The notes: generated by a model from the sequence alone, not told the origin. Shown: positions 29,465 to 38,571, counted from the first letter of the stretch. The stretch is DNA of 64,000 nucleotides from Parcubacteria bacterium C7867-001 (GCA_001189095.1 LFCK01000001.1:20133-84132), one strand, 5' to 3'. Numbers and translations are program-made.

Positions 29465-31381
29465 ATGGTGTACTTCACCGAACAGATCGCATATGTGAAA
29501 TCGCGACCGATTGCCGTCGGTATTTTCGCCGTGCTTGCTGCCGTCTCGATCGGCATGACCGTCGCTGTCGCGACTGGCATGACGCTTCCGACGAAAGCGT
29601 TCGCGGACGTTGGTCCTCCCTGCTGCACGGAGCCGCCTCCTCCGCCCCCGCCTCCTCCACCACCCCCACCGCCTCCGTCGAGCTGTGATTCACTCACGGC
29701 GTCGGCAACGGAAATTAATTCAGGCGATGCGGTTACCCTTACGTGGCACACCACCAACGCCGACTCGGTCACTATCGATCAGGGTGTTGGTTCGGTGACA
29801 CCAGTCGGTTCAGGTTCGGTTGTCGTACATCCGACTGCGGATACGACGTACTCGGCTACCGTTACGGGTCCTGGCATCGTCAGCGAGCCGTGCCATGTTG
29901 AAGTAAAGATAAAGACCATCACTAACTCGGCGCAGTGCGTGTCGTTTGCGGCAAGCGCGTCGAACATCACGGCTGGTCAGGCAGTCACGCTTTCGTGGCA
30001 GACCCTTAATGCAACGGGAGTTACCATCGACAACGGTGTCGGTGCGGTAACGCCGATTGCGTCCGGTTCCACTGTCGTGCATCCGACCGCGAACACGACC
30101 TATACCGCAACGGTTGCAGGTGCAACCGGTAACGTGACGTGTGCCGCTTCGGTCCACATCACGACTATTACAACCGGTCCGTCTTGCGTCGCTCTTACAG
30201 CGAACAAGACCACGATTAGTTCTGGCGAAGCAGTCGTTCTCTCGTGGCAGACGCTTAATGCCACCTCGACCTCAATCGATCAGGGCATTGGTTCGGTTAC
30301 TCCAGTCGGTTCAGGTTCCGTAACGGTGAACCCAACCTCTGATACGACCTACACCATGACCACTGCGGGCGCTCCGGCGAACGACAGCTGTAAGGTGACG
30401 GTTCGCATTCAGACGAGTTCCTGCGTCGGCTCGTGCTGCACAGGCAGCTGCGGTGGCGGCGGTAATCCGAAGCCGAAGGTCATCCTTGGCGTCGCAACCT
30501 CTTCGCCGCTTGCCTTCGTGTATCTCTCGCAGGTTCCGTACACCGGTCTTGATCTCGGTCCGCTCGGTACCTTCATGTACTGGCTCGTGCTCATCCTCTG
30601 GAGCGCAGCAGCTGCGTACCTTGTGCTCTTCACGGCAGCCCCATTCGCTGCTCGTCGTCTCCGTTCGTTCGGGGAAGATGTGCGCGATGTTCTCAATGGA
30701 AATGAATCGGTCTCAACTGCGCCGGTCATGCAGGCATCGGCGGGGGATCATTCAGGTGGACATAATCTTATGCCGCACGCTCCAGTTCCAGTTCACCGTG
30801 CTCCAGAAGCATCGAGCACGTTCTCGAACTTCCACGGCTTCCGCTCGTTTGCGCAGGGCACTGAGCTTACGATCGATGATCTCGTGAAGGGACTCGCTCG
30901 CGAACACGCAGTACATGCTGCTCCAGTTGCGCATATCGAGGATCCGAAAGAAGATGCGTACGCGTTCTCGTCTGAACGAAATGTCGAGCCTATCGCCCCG
31001 CATCTTCCGACTGAAATAGGGAAGATTGAACCGATCATGGACGTATTCGCACACGCAATCGAAGTTCGTGGATTCATTTCCGCGCTCGTCGAGAAGGACA
31101 AGGAGGCGCTCTTCGGCGCACTTCGCCAAATCGTTCGCGGCGGCGGTAGCGTTGAGCACTTCCTTACGCAGGTCGCGCACGCACTCGATGATGTCTTCCG
31201 CTCGCGCATCGACGGTACGCCGGCAGATCCCGAGATGGTTCGCATCTGTGTGAACTGCGACACGCCGGTTCTTGAGCAGCTCGTCGGTCACTTTGCGACG
31301 GCAATCGACTCAAGCTACTCGACCGATGTCACGGCAGGTAAGATGGCGGTCACTCGCGCACTTACGACGCTCGAAGCGTAA
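29465..31381 (+). CDS. Modular membrane protein with six parts: signal/anchor; poly-Pro linker; three tandem Ig-like repeats of about 80 aa; a VPYTG motif; a TM helix; a C-terminal domain of about 240 aa
   Basis: The protein has PPPPPPPPPPPPPPP. The repeat consensus is AVTLxWxTxNAxxxxIDxGxGxVTPxxSGSxxVxPTxxTTY. Further downstream is SQVPYTGLDLGPLGTFMYWLVLILWSAAAAYLVLF followed by RRLR. The ORF-track start at 29312 overlaps the upstream gene and is rejected. Confidence 0.6.
   Translation: MVYFTEQIAYVKSRPIAVGIFAVLAAVSIGMTVAVATGMTLPTKAFADVGPPCCTEPPPPPPPPPPPPPPPSSCDSLTASATEINSGDAVTLTWHTTNADSVTIDQGVGSVTPVGSGSVVVHPTADTTYSATVTGPGIVSEPCHVEVKIKTITNSAQCVSFAASASNITAGQAVTLSWQTLNATGVTIDNGVGAVTPIASGSTVVHPTANTTYTATVAGATGNVTCAASVHITTITTGPSCVALTANKTTISSGEAVVLSWQTLNATSTSIDQGIGSVTPVGSGSVTVNPTSDTTYTMTTAGAPANDSCKVTVRIQTSSCVGSCCTGSCGGGGNPKPKVILGVATSSPLAFVYLSQVPYTGLDLGPLGTFMYWLVLILWSAAAAYLVLFTAAPFAARRLRSFGEDVRDVLNGNESVSTAPVMQASAGDHSGGHNLMPHAPVPVHRAPEASSTFSNFHGFRSFAQGTELTIDDLVKGLAREHAVHAAPVAHIEDPKEDAYAFSSERNVEPIAPHLPTEIGKIEPIMDVFAHAIEVRGFISALVEKDKEALFGALRQIVRGGGSVEHFLTQVAHALDDVFRSRIDGTPADPEMVRICVNCDTPVLEQLVGHFATAIDSSYSTDVTAGKMAVTRALTTLEA
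29630..29677 (+). repeat. CCN simple-sequence repeat encoding poly-proline
   Basis: The DNA is ccgcctcctccgcccccgcctcctccaccacccccaccgcctccg. Confidence 0.8.
29681..30415 (+). repeat. Three diverged tandem coding repeats (about 243 nt each)
   Basis: The repeats are recognisable at DNA level (gtcggttcaggttc...ccgac...acgac.ta.ac) and at protein level. Confidence 0.7.
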
Positions 31382-31394
31382 TATCTCTTACTAA

Positions 31395-31427
31395 AGAAAA
31401 CGGCCCGCCATAGGCGGGCCGTTTTCT
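31395..31427. terminator. Bidirectional terminator; a near-identical copy lies at 57381-57410
   Basis: gaaaacggcccgcc-ata-ggcgggccgttttct. Confidence 0.65.
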
Positions 31428-31572
31428 ATTTCTCGTTCGTGATGCGCTCGTAGCAGGCTTTGCAGAGGTGCATTTTTTTCGCCATGCCGTTTTCGTCTGG
31501 AGGAGAGAACAGGAGCCCGCCGAAGTCGGTGAGTTCGGTCTTACAAAAATCGCAGTGGGGAGCAATAGCCAT
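31426..31572 (-). CDS. Small zinc-ribbon protein (48 aa), translationally coupled to thrS
   Basis: The minus strand reads MAIAPHCDFCKTELTDFGGLLFSPPDENGMAKKMHLCKACYERITNEK. There are two CxxC pairs. The start overlaps the thrS stop as TAATG. A terminator follows immediately. The ORF is shorter than the ORF-track cutoff. Confidence 0.45.
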   Translation of the reverse strand: MAIAPHCDFCKTELTDFGGLLFSPPDENGMAKKMHLCKACYERITNEK

Positions 31573-32816
31573 TAGCGTACGCGCTTCTTGATTTCGTCCT
31601 CTGTGCGAGCAGTAAAGTCGCCGACGCTCATCGCGTCGAGCTTGCCATGGTCGCGACTGTCGACTGATACGGTGCTGTCCTCGATTTCCTTATCGCCGAC
31701 CACGAGGAGATACGGAATCTTCTCAGTCTTAGCGTTCCTGATTTTCTTGCCAAGCGTCTCGTTCGACTCATCGAGCTCAACACGGAGCCCTGCTTCCTTG
31801 AGGGAGGCAAGTACTTGGTAGGCGTACTCGCTATGCTTTTCCGAGACGGGAAGAATGCGTGCGTGAACGGGAGAGAGCCAGAGTGGGAATGCGCCTGCAT
31901 ATTTCTCGATGAGGAAGGCAATGATGCGTTCGATAGAACCTATAGAGGATCGATGAACCACGAAGCATCCGTGCTCCTTGCCGTCTTCTCCCATGTAAAC
32001 GAGATCGAATTTCTTCGGAGAGGAAAGATCGTATTGCACGGTGAAAGCGGTGTCCTCCTTACCATTCACATTCTTCATCTGGATGTCTATCTTCGGTCCG
32101 TAGAACGCAGCTTCGCCAGCCGCTTCCACGAAGTCGACACCTCGTTTTTGCATGCACTCGCGCAGAAGCGCTTCCGCTTTTTCCCAGCCAGCATCGTCCT
32201 TGTAGTATTTTTCAGTGTCCGCACGGTCGCCGAGCGAGAGGCGGTAGGTGTAGTCCTTGCCCATCTCGAGTCCGAGCACGCCGTTCGCGTACTCGATAAG
32301 GTCGAGCGCTTTTGCGACTTCCTCGACTGCCTGCTCTTCAGACGAGCAGATGACATGCGCATCGGAAAGGCAGAATGAGCGCACGCGCTGAAGGCCCATG
32401 AGTTCGCCTGACTGCTCATAGCGGTAGAGTTTCGCGATTTCTGCGTATCGAACAGGGAACTCGCGGTAGCTATGAGGAGCGCGGAGGAAAAGTTCGAAGT
32501 GATGCGGGCAGGTCATCGGGCGAAGCATGAATTTCTCGTCCTCATCCTCGATAGGAGCGTACATCCCGTCTTTGTAGTGCGGATAGTGGCCGGATTTTTC
32601 GTAGAGCTCGAGCTTCGCCATGTCAGGCGTATACACGTGCTCGTAGCCACGCTTTATTTCTTCATCAACGATGAATCGTTCGAGTTCGCGACGTATCGTA
32701 GCGCCTTTAGGAGTCCAGAGCGGAAGGCCTTTGCCGACCGTCGGAGAAAAAGTGAAAAGATCGAGCTCTCGTCCTAGTCGCTTATGGTCGTTTTCTTTTT
32801 CTTGCGAGGGTTCCAT
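31572..32816 (-). CDS. thrS: Threonine--tRNA ligase, catalytic plus anticodon-binding core only (no N-terminal TGS/editing domains)
   Basis: The protein starts MEPSQEKENDHKRLGRELDLFTF at the class II core. FVVHRSSIGSIERIIAFLIE and the MTCPHH motif are present. The upstream ORF extension has no conserved sequence. Confidence 0.8.
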   Translation of the reverse strand: MEPSQEKENDHKRLGRELDLFTFSPTVGKGLPLWTPKGATIRRELERFIVDEEIKRGYEHVYTPDMAKLELYEKSGHYPHYKDGMYAPIEDEDEKFMLRPMTCPHHFELFLRAPHSYREFPVRYAEIAKLYRYEQSGELMGLQRVRSFCLSDAHVICSSEEQAVEEVAKALDLIEYANGVLGLEMGKDYTYRLSLGDRADTEKYYKDDAGWEKAEALLRECMQKRGVDFVEAAGEAAFYGPKIDIQMKNVNGKEDTAFTVQYDLSSPKKFDLVYMGEDGKEHGCFVVHRSSIGSIERIIAFLIEKYAGAFPLWLSPVHARILPVSEKHSEYAYQVLASLKEAGLRVELDESNETLGKKIRNAKTEKIPYLLVVGDKEIEDSTVSVDSRDHGKLDAMSVGDFTARTEDEIKKRVR

Positions 32817-32875
32817 ATAGGGAGGAATATAGCATAAAAAGGGAAGCGGCGGCCCAGAGGGCCGCCGCGCGGAGG

Positions 32876-33025
32876 TTAGATACGCTTCGTATCGATGTGC
32901 CGATATTTGTCGGCAACCGCATCCGAAAGTCGCTCGAGCTCCTTTTGTGACATTCCTGCACAAGGGAGCAGACCTCGCAGCACTGCTACGTGCTGTTTTT
33001 TCTCATCCGGAGTCAATACGGTCAT
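32876..33025 (-). CDS. Possible small ORF (49 aa) between dnaE and thrS
   Basis: The minus strand reads MTVLTPDEKKQHVAVLRGLLPCAGMSQKELERLSDAVADKYRHIDTKRI. It is followed by the hairpin gcggcggccc...gggccgccgc. This is speculative. Confidence 0.25.
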   Translation of the reverse strand: MTVLTPDEKKQHVAVLRGLLPCAGMSQKELERLSDAVADKYRHIDTKRI

Positions 33026-33057
33026 TGGGCACGTTCTCCTTCCTGAAATATATTATG

Positions 33058-36000
33058 TCACAATGCTTTAAGATTGTCTACCGTGAGACTAGTCTCGCCG
33101 TTGCGGCCCGAAACGTTTCCTTTGATGAGGACGCAGGTGCCGCCTTCGATAAGCCCTGCGTGCTCTTTGAAAAGTTTGGGGAAGATAACCCCTTCGATGG
33201 AAGCGGATTTATCCTCGAACTTTACGAATGCCATTTTGTCGCCGCCTTTGGTAATGATGCTGCGCACTTCGGAAATCAGTACCGGCATGATGACCGGCAT
33301 TCCAGCCTTCGGTTCTTCGAGAATTTGCGCTATGGAAATCTTCGATTTCGCGGTCATCTCGGGATACGCGTCGAGCGGGTGCCCCGACACATAAATGCCG
33401 AGCAGTTCTTTTTCCCACGAAAGTTTGTCGAGGAGCGAGACGGGCTGCTCGCTTGCTGGAAGATTGAGTGTTGGTGCTGCAAGTGCGCCGAAGAGGGAGT
33501 CTTGCGGCTTTTCGTTCGTCGCATCGCGATGGAAGCTGAGCAAGGTCTCAATGTGCGCGAGCAAATTTCCACGACTGCCGAAGCGGTCGAGCGCGCCGCA
33601 CTTGATAAGTGATTCGAGTGATTTGCGGTTGAGATTCTTTGAGCCAATGCGGCAGAGGAAGTCCGAGATGGAGGAAAACGGACCATTCTTTGTTCGCTCC
33701 TCGATGATCGCTTGCGCGATTCCTTCGCCGAAGTTCTTGATCGTCGTGAGGCCGAAACGAATCGTGTCTTTATTCTCGCCGGCAACTGCAAAGTCCGCGC
33801 CGCTTTCATTCACGTCCGGCGGAAGTACGGGAATCTTCATGCGCTCGCATTCAGCAACGAAGGTGGCGATTGATTCCGTGTCGCCCGCATCAGCCGTGAG
33901 GACTGCCGTCATGTATTCGACGGGGTAGTTCGCTTTCATGTATGCCGTTTGGTACGCCACTTTTCCGTAGCTTGCTGCATGTGCCTTGTTGAAGCCGTAC
34001 GCCGCGAATGGCTCGATGAGTTTCCAAATAGCTTCTGCTCTCGAAGCGTCGAGTTTGCTATATCCCTTGAAGCCCTGCACGAGCTTTTCTTTCTGCGCCT
34101 CCATTTCTTCGGGGATCTTCTTTCCCATGGCTTTACGGAGCGCATCCGCTTCGAGCCATGAATAGCCAGCGAGCTTCACTGCCGTGAGCAGCACGTCGTC
34201 CTGATACACAATGAGTCCGTAGGAGGTATCAAGATATTCCTTCATCCGCTCGTCGAGGTAGCGCACGAGTCGCGGATTCTTCTTTCGTTCAATGTACTGC
34301 GGAATCATTTCCATCGGTCCCGGACGGTAGAGCGCCACCATGGCGTTGATGTCATGAATCGTGGTCGGCTGGAGTTCTTTGAGGTAGCGGGTCATGCCGG
34401 AACCGTTCAGCTGGAAGAGTCCTTCGGTTTCGCCGCGCGCGAGCATGGCGAAGGTCTTGTCGTCATCAAGGGGAATGCTTTCGATATCAATATGAATGCC
34501 GCGGATTTTCTCTACTTGCGCGACCGCGTCAGCAAGAATGGCGAGGTTTTTAATGCCGAGGAAGTCGAATTTAAGAAGACCGACGCCGCCGTATTCGTCC
34601 GTAATGGAGTACATGTCGTACTGCGTGATGAGGTCCCCCGAACCTTTCGGGTCGAGCTGGAGCGGTGACCATTCGGCAAGCGGGGTCGGTGCAATGACGA
34701 CGCCGGCGGCGTGCACACCCACGTGTCGCACGCAGCCCTCGATTCTTTTTGCGAGATCGATGATCTCGCGCACGTCCTCGTCTTCGTCATAGATAGTGCG
34801 CAAGTCTTCCGTTTCTTCCATCGCGCGCTTGATGGTCATCGGGAAGCCTTGGCTTCCAACTGGAATGAGTTTTGCGATTCGGTCGCCAGTGCCGTAGGAG
34901 TGGCCGAGTGCGCGCGCGACATCGCGCACGGCAGCGCGCGCGAGCATTGTTCCGAAGGTGCCAATTTGCGCCACGTGATCCTCGCCGTATTTTTGTTTGG
35001 CATACGCAATCACTTCGCCGCGGCGATTATCAGCGAAGTCCATGTCGATGTCCGGCGCTTTCGGGCGCTCAGGGTTGAGAAAGCGTTCGAAGGGAAGTTT
35101 GTAGAACAGCGGGTCGACGTTCGTGATGCCGACGAGGTAGGAAGTGAGCGAGCCGCCTGCCGAGCCGCGCGTCGTGGTGAGAATACCGTTCGTCTTTGCA
35201 AAGGTGAGAAGATCCGACACGACGAGGAAGTACGTTGCGAATCCCTTGCTCTTGATGACGGATAGTTCGTACTCAAGGCGATCCTCGACTTCTTTGGTGC
35301 GCTCGAGTCCGCGCATCGTGATTCCTTTATAGGCTCGTTCGCGAAGCATATCGTCATGTGTTTTGCCTTCGTCGGCAGGAACGGAAGGGAAGGTCCAGTT
35401 TCCGAGCGAGAATTCAATTTGGCAGCGGTCCGCGATGTTCCCGCTTTCCTCGATGGCTTCGGGAATATCCTTGAACCATTCGAACATCGTCGATTCATCG
35501 ACGAAGGAGAAATCTTCCTCCTCGTTACGTCCTGCCTCGCCTTGCTGGATGCGGCGCATGACGCCGGTCGCTTCGCGGTCGTCAGGCGCTATGTAGTAGA
35601 CGTCGTGCTGGGCGACGAGCGGGACTCCCGCTTTCTTTCCAAGCGCGATTACTTTCCGAGTCTTTTCTTCGTGCCCCGAAACTTTCGGGTGATGCGAAAT
35701 TTCTAAGTACACGTTTCCTTTGCCGAAAATGCTTACGTATTCCTCAAGCACGGCCGCGGCACCGTTTTCGTCTCCGGCGGCAAGCATGAGCGGAACATCG
35801 CCCGCAAACGAAGGAATGAGCGCAATGAGACCCTCGTGATGTTTGCGGAGGAGTTCTTTATCCATGCGCGGACGATCGAAGAGTCCGTCGGTATAGGAAG
35901 CGGTCACGAGCGCGAGCAGATTTTTATAGCCCGCCATATTTTCCACGAGCAGGACGAGGCGCGAACGTTTTTCATCGCGCTCCTTTATAAGGCGCGAGGT

Positions 36001-36219
36001 AGGCGCGAGGTATGCGTCGACCCCGAGTATGGGCTTAATGCCCGCTTTCGTTGCGGCTTTATAGAACTCAATTGTCCCGTGCATGTTGCCCTCGTCGGTA
36101 AGGGCGAGCGCGCTCATTCCGCGGTCTTTCGCGGCGTCCACAAGCTCATCTATCTTCGGAAGCGCCTTGAGGAAGGAGTAGTGGCTGTGAGTATGGAGAT
36201 GGACGAAGCGGCCTGCCAT
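33058..36219 (-). CDS. dnaE: DNA polymerase III alpha subunit
   Basis: The PHP domain begins FVHLHTHSHYSFL. The protein is 1053 aa and collinear with DnaE. Confidence 0.9.
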   Translation of the reverse strand: MAGRFVHLHTHSHYSFLKALPKIDELVDAAKDRGMSALALTDEGNMHGTIEFYKAATKAGIKPILGVDAYLAPTSRLIKERDEKRSRLVLLVENMAGYKNLLALVTASYTDGLFDRPRMDKELLRKHHEGLIALIPSFAGDVPLMLAAGDENGAAAVLEEYVSIFGKGNVYLEISHHPKVSGHEEKTRKVIALGKKAGVPLVAQHDVYYIAPDDREATGVMRRIQQGEAGRNEEEDFSFVDESTMFEWFKDIPEAIEESGNIADRCQIEFSLGNWTFPSVPADEGKTHDDMLRERAYKGITMRGLERTKEVEDRLEYELSVIKSKGFATYFLVVSDLLTFAKTNGILTTTRGSAGGSLTSYLVGITNVDPLFYKLPFERFLNPERPKAPDIDMDFADNRRGEVIAYAKQKYGEDHVAQIGTFGTMLARAAVRDVARALGHSYGTGDRIAKLIPVGSQGFPMTIKRAMEETEDLRTIYDEDEDVREIIDLAKRIEGCVRHVGVHAAGVVIAPTPLAEWSPLQLDPKGSGDLITQYDMYSITDEYGGVGLLKFDFLGIKNLAILADAVAQVEKIRGIHIDIESIPLDDDKTFAMLARGETEGLFQLNGSGMTRYLKELQPTTIHDINAMVALYRPGPMEMIPQYIERKKNPRLVRYLDERMKEYLDTSYGLIVYQDDVLLTAVKLAGYSWLEADALRKAMGKKIPEEMEAQKEKLVQGFKGYSKLDASRAEAIWKLIEPFAAYGFNKAHAASYGKVAYQTAYMKANYPVEYMTAVLTADAGDTESIATFVAECERMKIPVLPPDVNESGADFAVAGENKDTIRFGLTTIKNFGEGIAQAIIEERTKNGPFSSISDFLCRIGSKNLNRKSLESLIKCGALDRFGSRGNLLAHIETLLSFHRDATNEKPQDSLFGALAAPTLNLPASEQPVSLLDKLSWEKELLGIYVSGHPLDAYPEMTAKSKISIAQILEEPKAGMPVIMPVLISEVRSIITKGGDKMAFVKFEDKSASIEGVIFPKLFKEHAGLIEGGTCVLIKGNVSGRNGETSLTVDNLKAL

Positions 36220-36241
36220 ATATCCCTAGTATACTTTCCGT

Positions 36242-36832
36242 ATGAAATTCGTGCTCGGAGTCGATGAGGCGGGTCGCGGGCCCTTAGCGGGGCCGGTCGC
36301 GGTCGGCATCGTGTGTGTCGAAGAAGGCTTCGATATTGCAGCTGCGTTTCCGGGACTGAATGATTCTAAAAAGCTTTCAGAGAAAAAACGAGAAGCGCTT
36401 TTTGAGCTTCTGCTCGAACGAGAAAAAGCAGGGGACGTGCGATTCGTGGTGAAGTCAGTCGATGCAGCAACCATTGATAATGCAGGAATCGCCGTATGCG
36501 TGCGTCGATCGGTGCATGAGGGAATCCGTACACTTATGCCAGAACCAACCTCAGGAAAAGTATTTCTCGATGGCGCGCTTTCGGCGCCGGAGGGCTACGA
36601 GCATGAAGTTGTTATTGGTGGCGACGCGCTCATTCCTGCCATCATGCTCGCGTCGATTGCGGCGAAAGTCGCTCGTGATCGCCTCATGATAAAACTCGCG
36701 GAAGAATATCCGGTGTATGGCTTCGAAAAACATAAGGGCTACGGCACGAAGGTGCATTATGCGGCGCTCAAGGAGCACGGACTTTCGCCTATCCACCGTC
36801 GCTCCTTTATCCATCTTGACCGAGCTCGCTAA
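36242..36832 (+). CDS. rnhB: Ribonuclease HII
   Basis: VLGVDEAGRGPLAGPVAVGIVCV is the RNase HII catalytic N-terminus. Confidence 0.85.
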   Translation: MKFVLGVDEAGRGPLAGPVAVGIVCVEEGFDIAAAFPGLNDSKKLSEKKREALFELLLEREKAGDVRFVVKSVDAATIDNAGIAVCVRRSVHEGIRTLMPEPTSGKVFLDGALSAPEGYEHEVVIGGDALIPAIMLASIAAKVARDRLMIKLAEEYPVYGFEKHKGYGTKVHYAALKEHGLSPIHRRSFIHLDRAR

Positions 36833-36873
36833 CGGCGGTACACCTAAGGCTTCGTGTTCTTTGGGAGGAATAC

Positions 36874-37149
36874 ATGGGACGCACGTCGGGAAATCCCCGC
36901 ATCGAAGCTCTCGAAAAAAAGAAGTACGCGGAATTGCCGTGCAGTACCTGCGAGATTTTCTCGCGCGTGCGATACGACGACATGCTCGAAGTCACTCTGG
37001 TTTTCTGCGCGATTAACGCAGGATGCGAAGACAAGCGAGTGCCGTCAGAAGTCCTCTACCGCGAGGCGAAAGCATGTCCGGGGTCGGAGCTGCGAATGCT
37101 CTGGCTCAACGCTCCCTCGCACTACGCGAAAACAAAGCCCGATCCTTAA
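36874..37149 (+). CDS. Small Cys-containing hypothetical protein (91 aa)
   Basis: The ORF's stop lies in the loop of a strong terminator hairpin at 37133-37166. Confidence 0.45.
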   Translation: MGRTSGNPRIEALEKKKYAELPCSTCEIFSRVRYDDMLEVTLVFCAINAGCEDKRVPSEVLYREAKACPGSELRMLWLNAPSHYAKTKPDP

Positions 37150-37166
37150 AGGATCGGGCTTTTTCA
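37133..37166 (+). terminator. Intrinsic terminator
   Basis: aaagcccgatcc-ttaaa-ggatcgggctttttc. Confidence 0.65.
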
Positions 37167-37208
37167 TGCTCTTGGACACAATTTCATGCTTGTGGTAAGG
37201 TACCCCTC

Positions 37209-37544
37209 ATGTCAGTACGAATGCGCCACACTAGTTCGCATACCAAGAACCGCCGAAGCCACCATGCTTTGAAGAATAAGGTTATCGTCGCAGATAAAGA
37301 GAGCGGCAAGCTCCGCCTCCCACATCGCCTCGATGAATCGACCGGTATGTACCGCGGTAAGCTTATCGTCCCAGAGCGCGTCAAAGCCGTGAAGGAAGAT
37401 GCGAAGCATAAGAAAGCGCAGAAGGAAGGTCGCGCTGAAAAGCACGAAGTACACTCGCATGTCGAAGAAGTAGTAAAGCCGGCAAAGACAAAAGCTGCAG
37501 GAAAGAGCGAAGCGAAAGCGCGCGCAGGTAAGGGCGACAAGTAA
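37209..37544 (+). CDS. rpmF: Ribosomal protein L32 with a Lys-rich C-terminal extension
   Basis: MSVRMRHTSSHTKNRRSHHALK...ESTGMYRGKLIV matches the L32 core. It is followed by a tail of about 55 aa rich in K, A and E. Confidence 0.75.
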   Translation: MSVRMRHTSSHTKNRRSHHALKNKVIVADKESGKLRLPHRLDESTGMYRGKLIVPERVKAVKEDAKHKKAQKEGRAEKHEVHSHVEEVVKPAKTKAAGKSEAKARAGKGDK

Positions 37545-37563
37545 AAAAAGATTTCCACAATTC

Positions 37564-37600
37564 ACAGTAACGGCCGCGGCATAGCCGCGGCCGTTACTGT
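37564..37600 (+). other. Long perfect hairpin (17-bp stem) after rpmF with no U-tract; possible terminator or processing site
   Basis: acagtaacggccgcggc-ata-gccgcggccgttactgt lies immediately before the NusB-NUDIX start. Confidence 0.45.
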
Positions 37601-37603
37601 TAC

Positions 37604-38524
37604 ATGCTAGGCTTAGGGGTAGTGGCAAACAGGCACCTTGCACGGTCAGTCGTACTTCAAACCCTCTTCGAGTGGGATACCTCGCACGTTCCGGATGCTG
37701 AAGTTGCAGCGGTTCTCGGACGCAACTGCGAGGAATTCGGCGGAGCCGATACCGACAAGCCGTTCATGGAACAACTCCTTCAGGGCGTCATAGCAAAACG
37801 CACCGATCTCGATCTCGTGATAGCGAAAGCGGCTCCTGATTGGCCGATAGAGAAAATCGCTCCAGTTGACCGCAACATTCTCCGCATTGGGCTCTTTGAG
37901 CTTCTGTTCGCCGATCGCGCGCAGGTTCCTGCGAAAGTCGCTATCAATGAAGCTATCGAGCTCGCAAAAGTATTCGGTGGCGAAAGCTCCGGACGCTTCG
38001 TGAATGGCGTTCTCGGTGCGGTCTATAAGGAAATGGGTGAGCCGGGCAAGGATGAGGTCGGCAAGAAAAAGACGATCCGCCGTGAAGATCTCCCACTTGA
38101 GAAGCTTGGCGGCGCCGTGGTCTACACTTTTCATGACGGTCAGTACTATCTTGCGCTCGTGCATGACGTTTTTGGTCGTTGGACGCTCTCAAAGGGGCAC
38201 ATAGAAAAGGATCCGAGTCCTGAAGAAGGCGTTGTCCGCGTGGTGAAGGAAGAGCTCGGGCTTACCGCAACCGTGCATGAAATGGTCGGAGAAAATGAAT
38301 ACGTCGCTTCGCATCCTGAAAAAGGAAAGGTTCGAAAGCACGTGTACTTCTATCTTGTTTCGACCGATTTCGAACCGCTCGTTCTCAAGAAAAGCGGTGG
38401 GCTTGATGACGCCAAATGGTTCCGCCTCACCGACATCCTCGACCTCAATTTCTACGACGACATGCTCCCAATCGTCACCGCAGCGGTGCAAAAACTACTT
38501 GATAAGTCCTCGACGCGTGCATAG
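37604..38524 (+). CDS. nusB: NusB antitermination factor fused to a C-terminal NUDIX hydrolase domain
   Basis: The NusB domain has SVVLQTLFEWD and AINEAIELAKVFGGESSGRFVNGVLGAV. The Nudix box is GHIEKDPSPEEGVVRVVKEELGL. Confidence 0.7.
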   Translation: MLGLGVVANRHLARSVVLQTLFEWDTSHVPDAEVAAVLGRNCEEFGGADTDKPFMEQLLQGVIAKRTDLDLVIAKAAPDWPIEKIAPVDRNILRIGLFELLFADRAQVPAKVAINEAIELAKVFGGESSGRFVNGVLGAVYKEMGEPGKDEVGKKKTIRREDLPLEKLGGAVVYTFHDGQYYLALVHDVFGRWTLSKGHIEKDPSPEEGVVRVVKEELGLTATVHEMVGENEYVASHPEKGKVRKHVYFYLVSTDFEPLVLKKSGGLDDAKWFRLTDILDLNFYDDMLPIVTAAVQKLLDKSSTRA

Positions 38525-38571
38525 TCCGTCTCGCTGGTGTTTCCAGTCGTATTTGATATAAGCTTATTTAT

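Noticed and set aside
29681-30415. A possible CRISPR array, suggested by tandem repeats of about 243 nt
   Set aside because: The repeats are far too long and diverged, and they sit inside a continuous ORF that encodes Ig-like protein repeats. No short direct repeats with spacers are present anywhere in the window.
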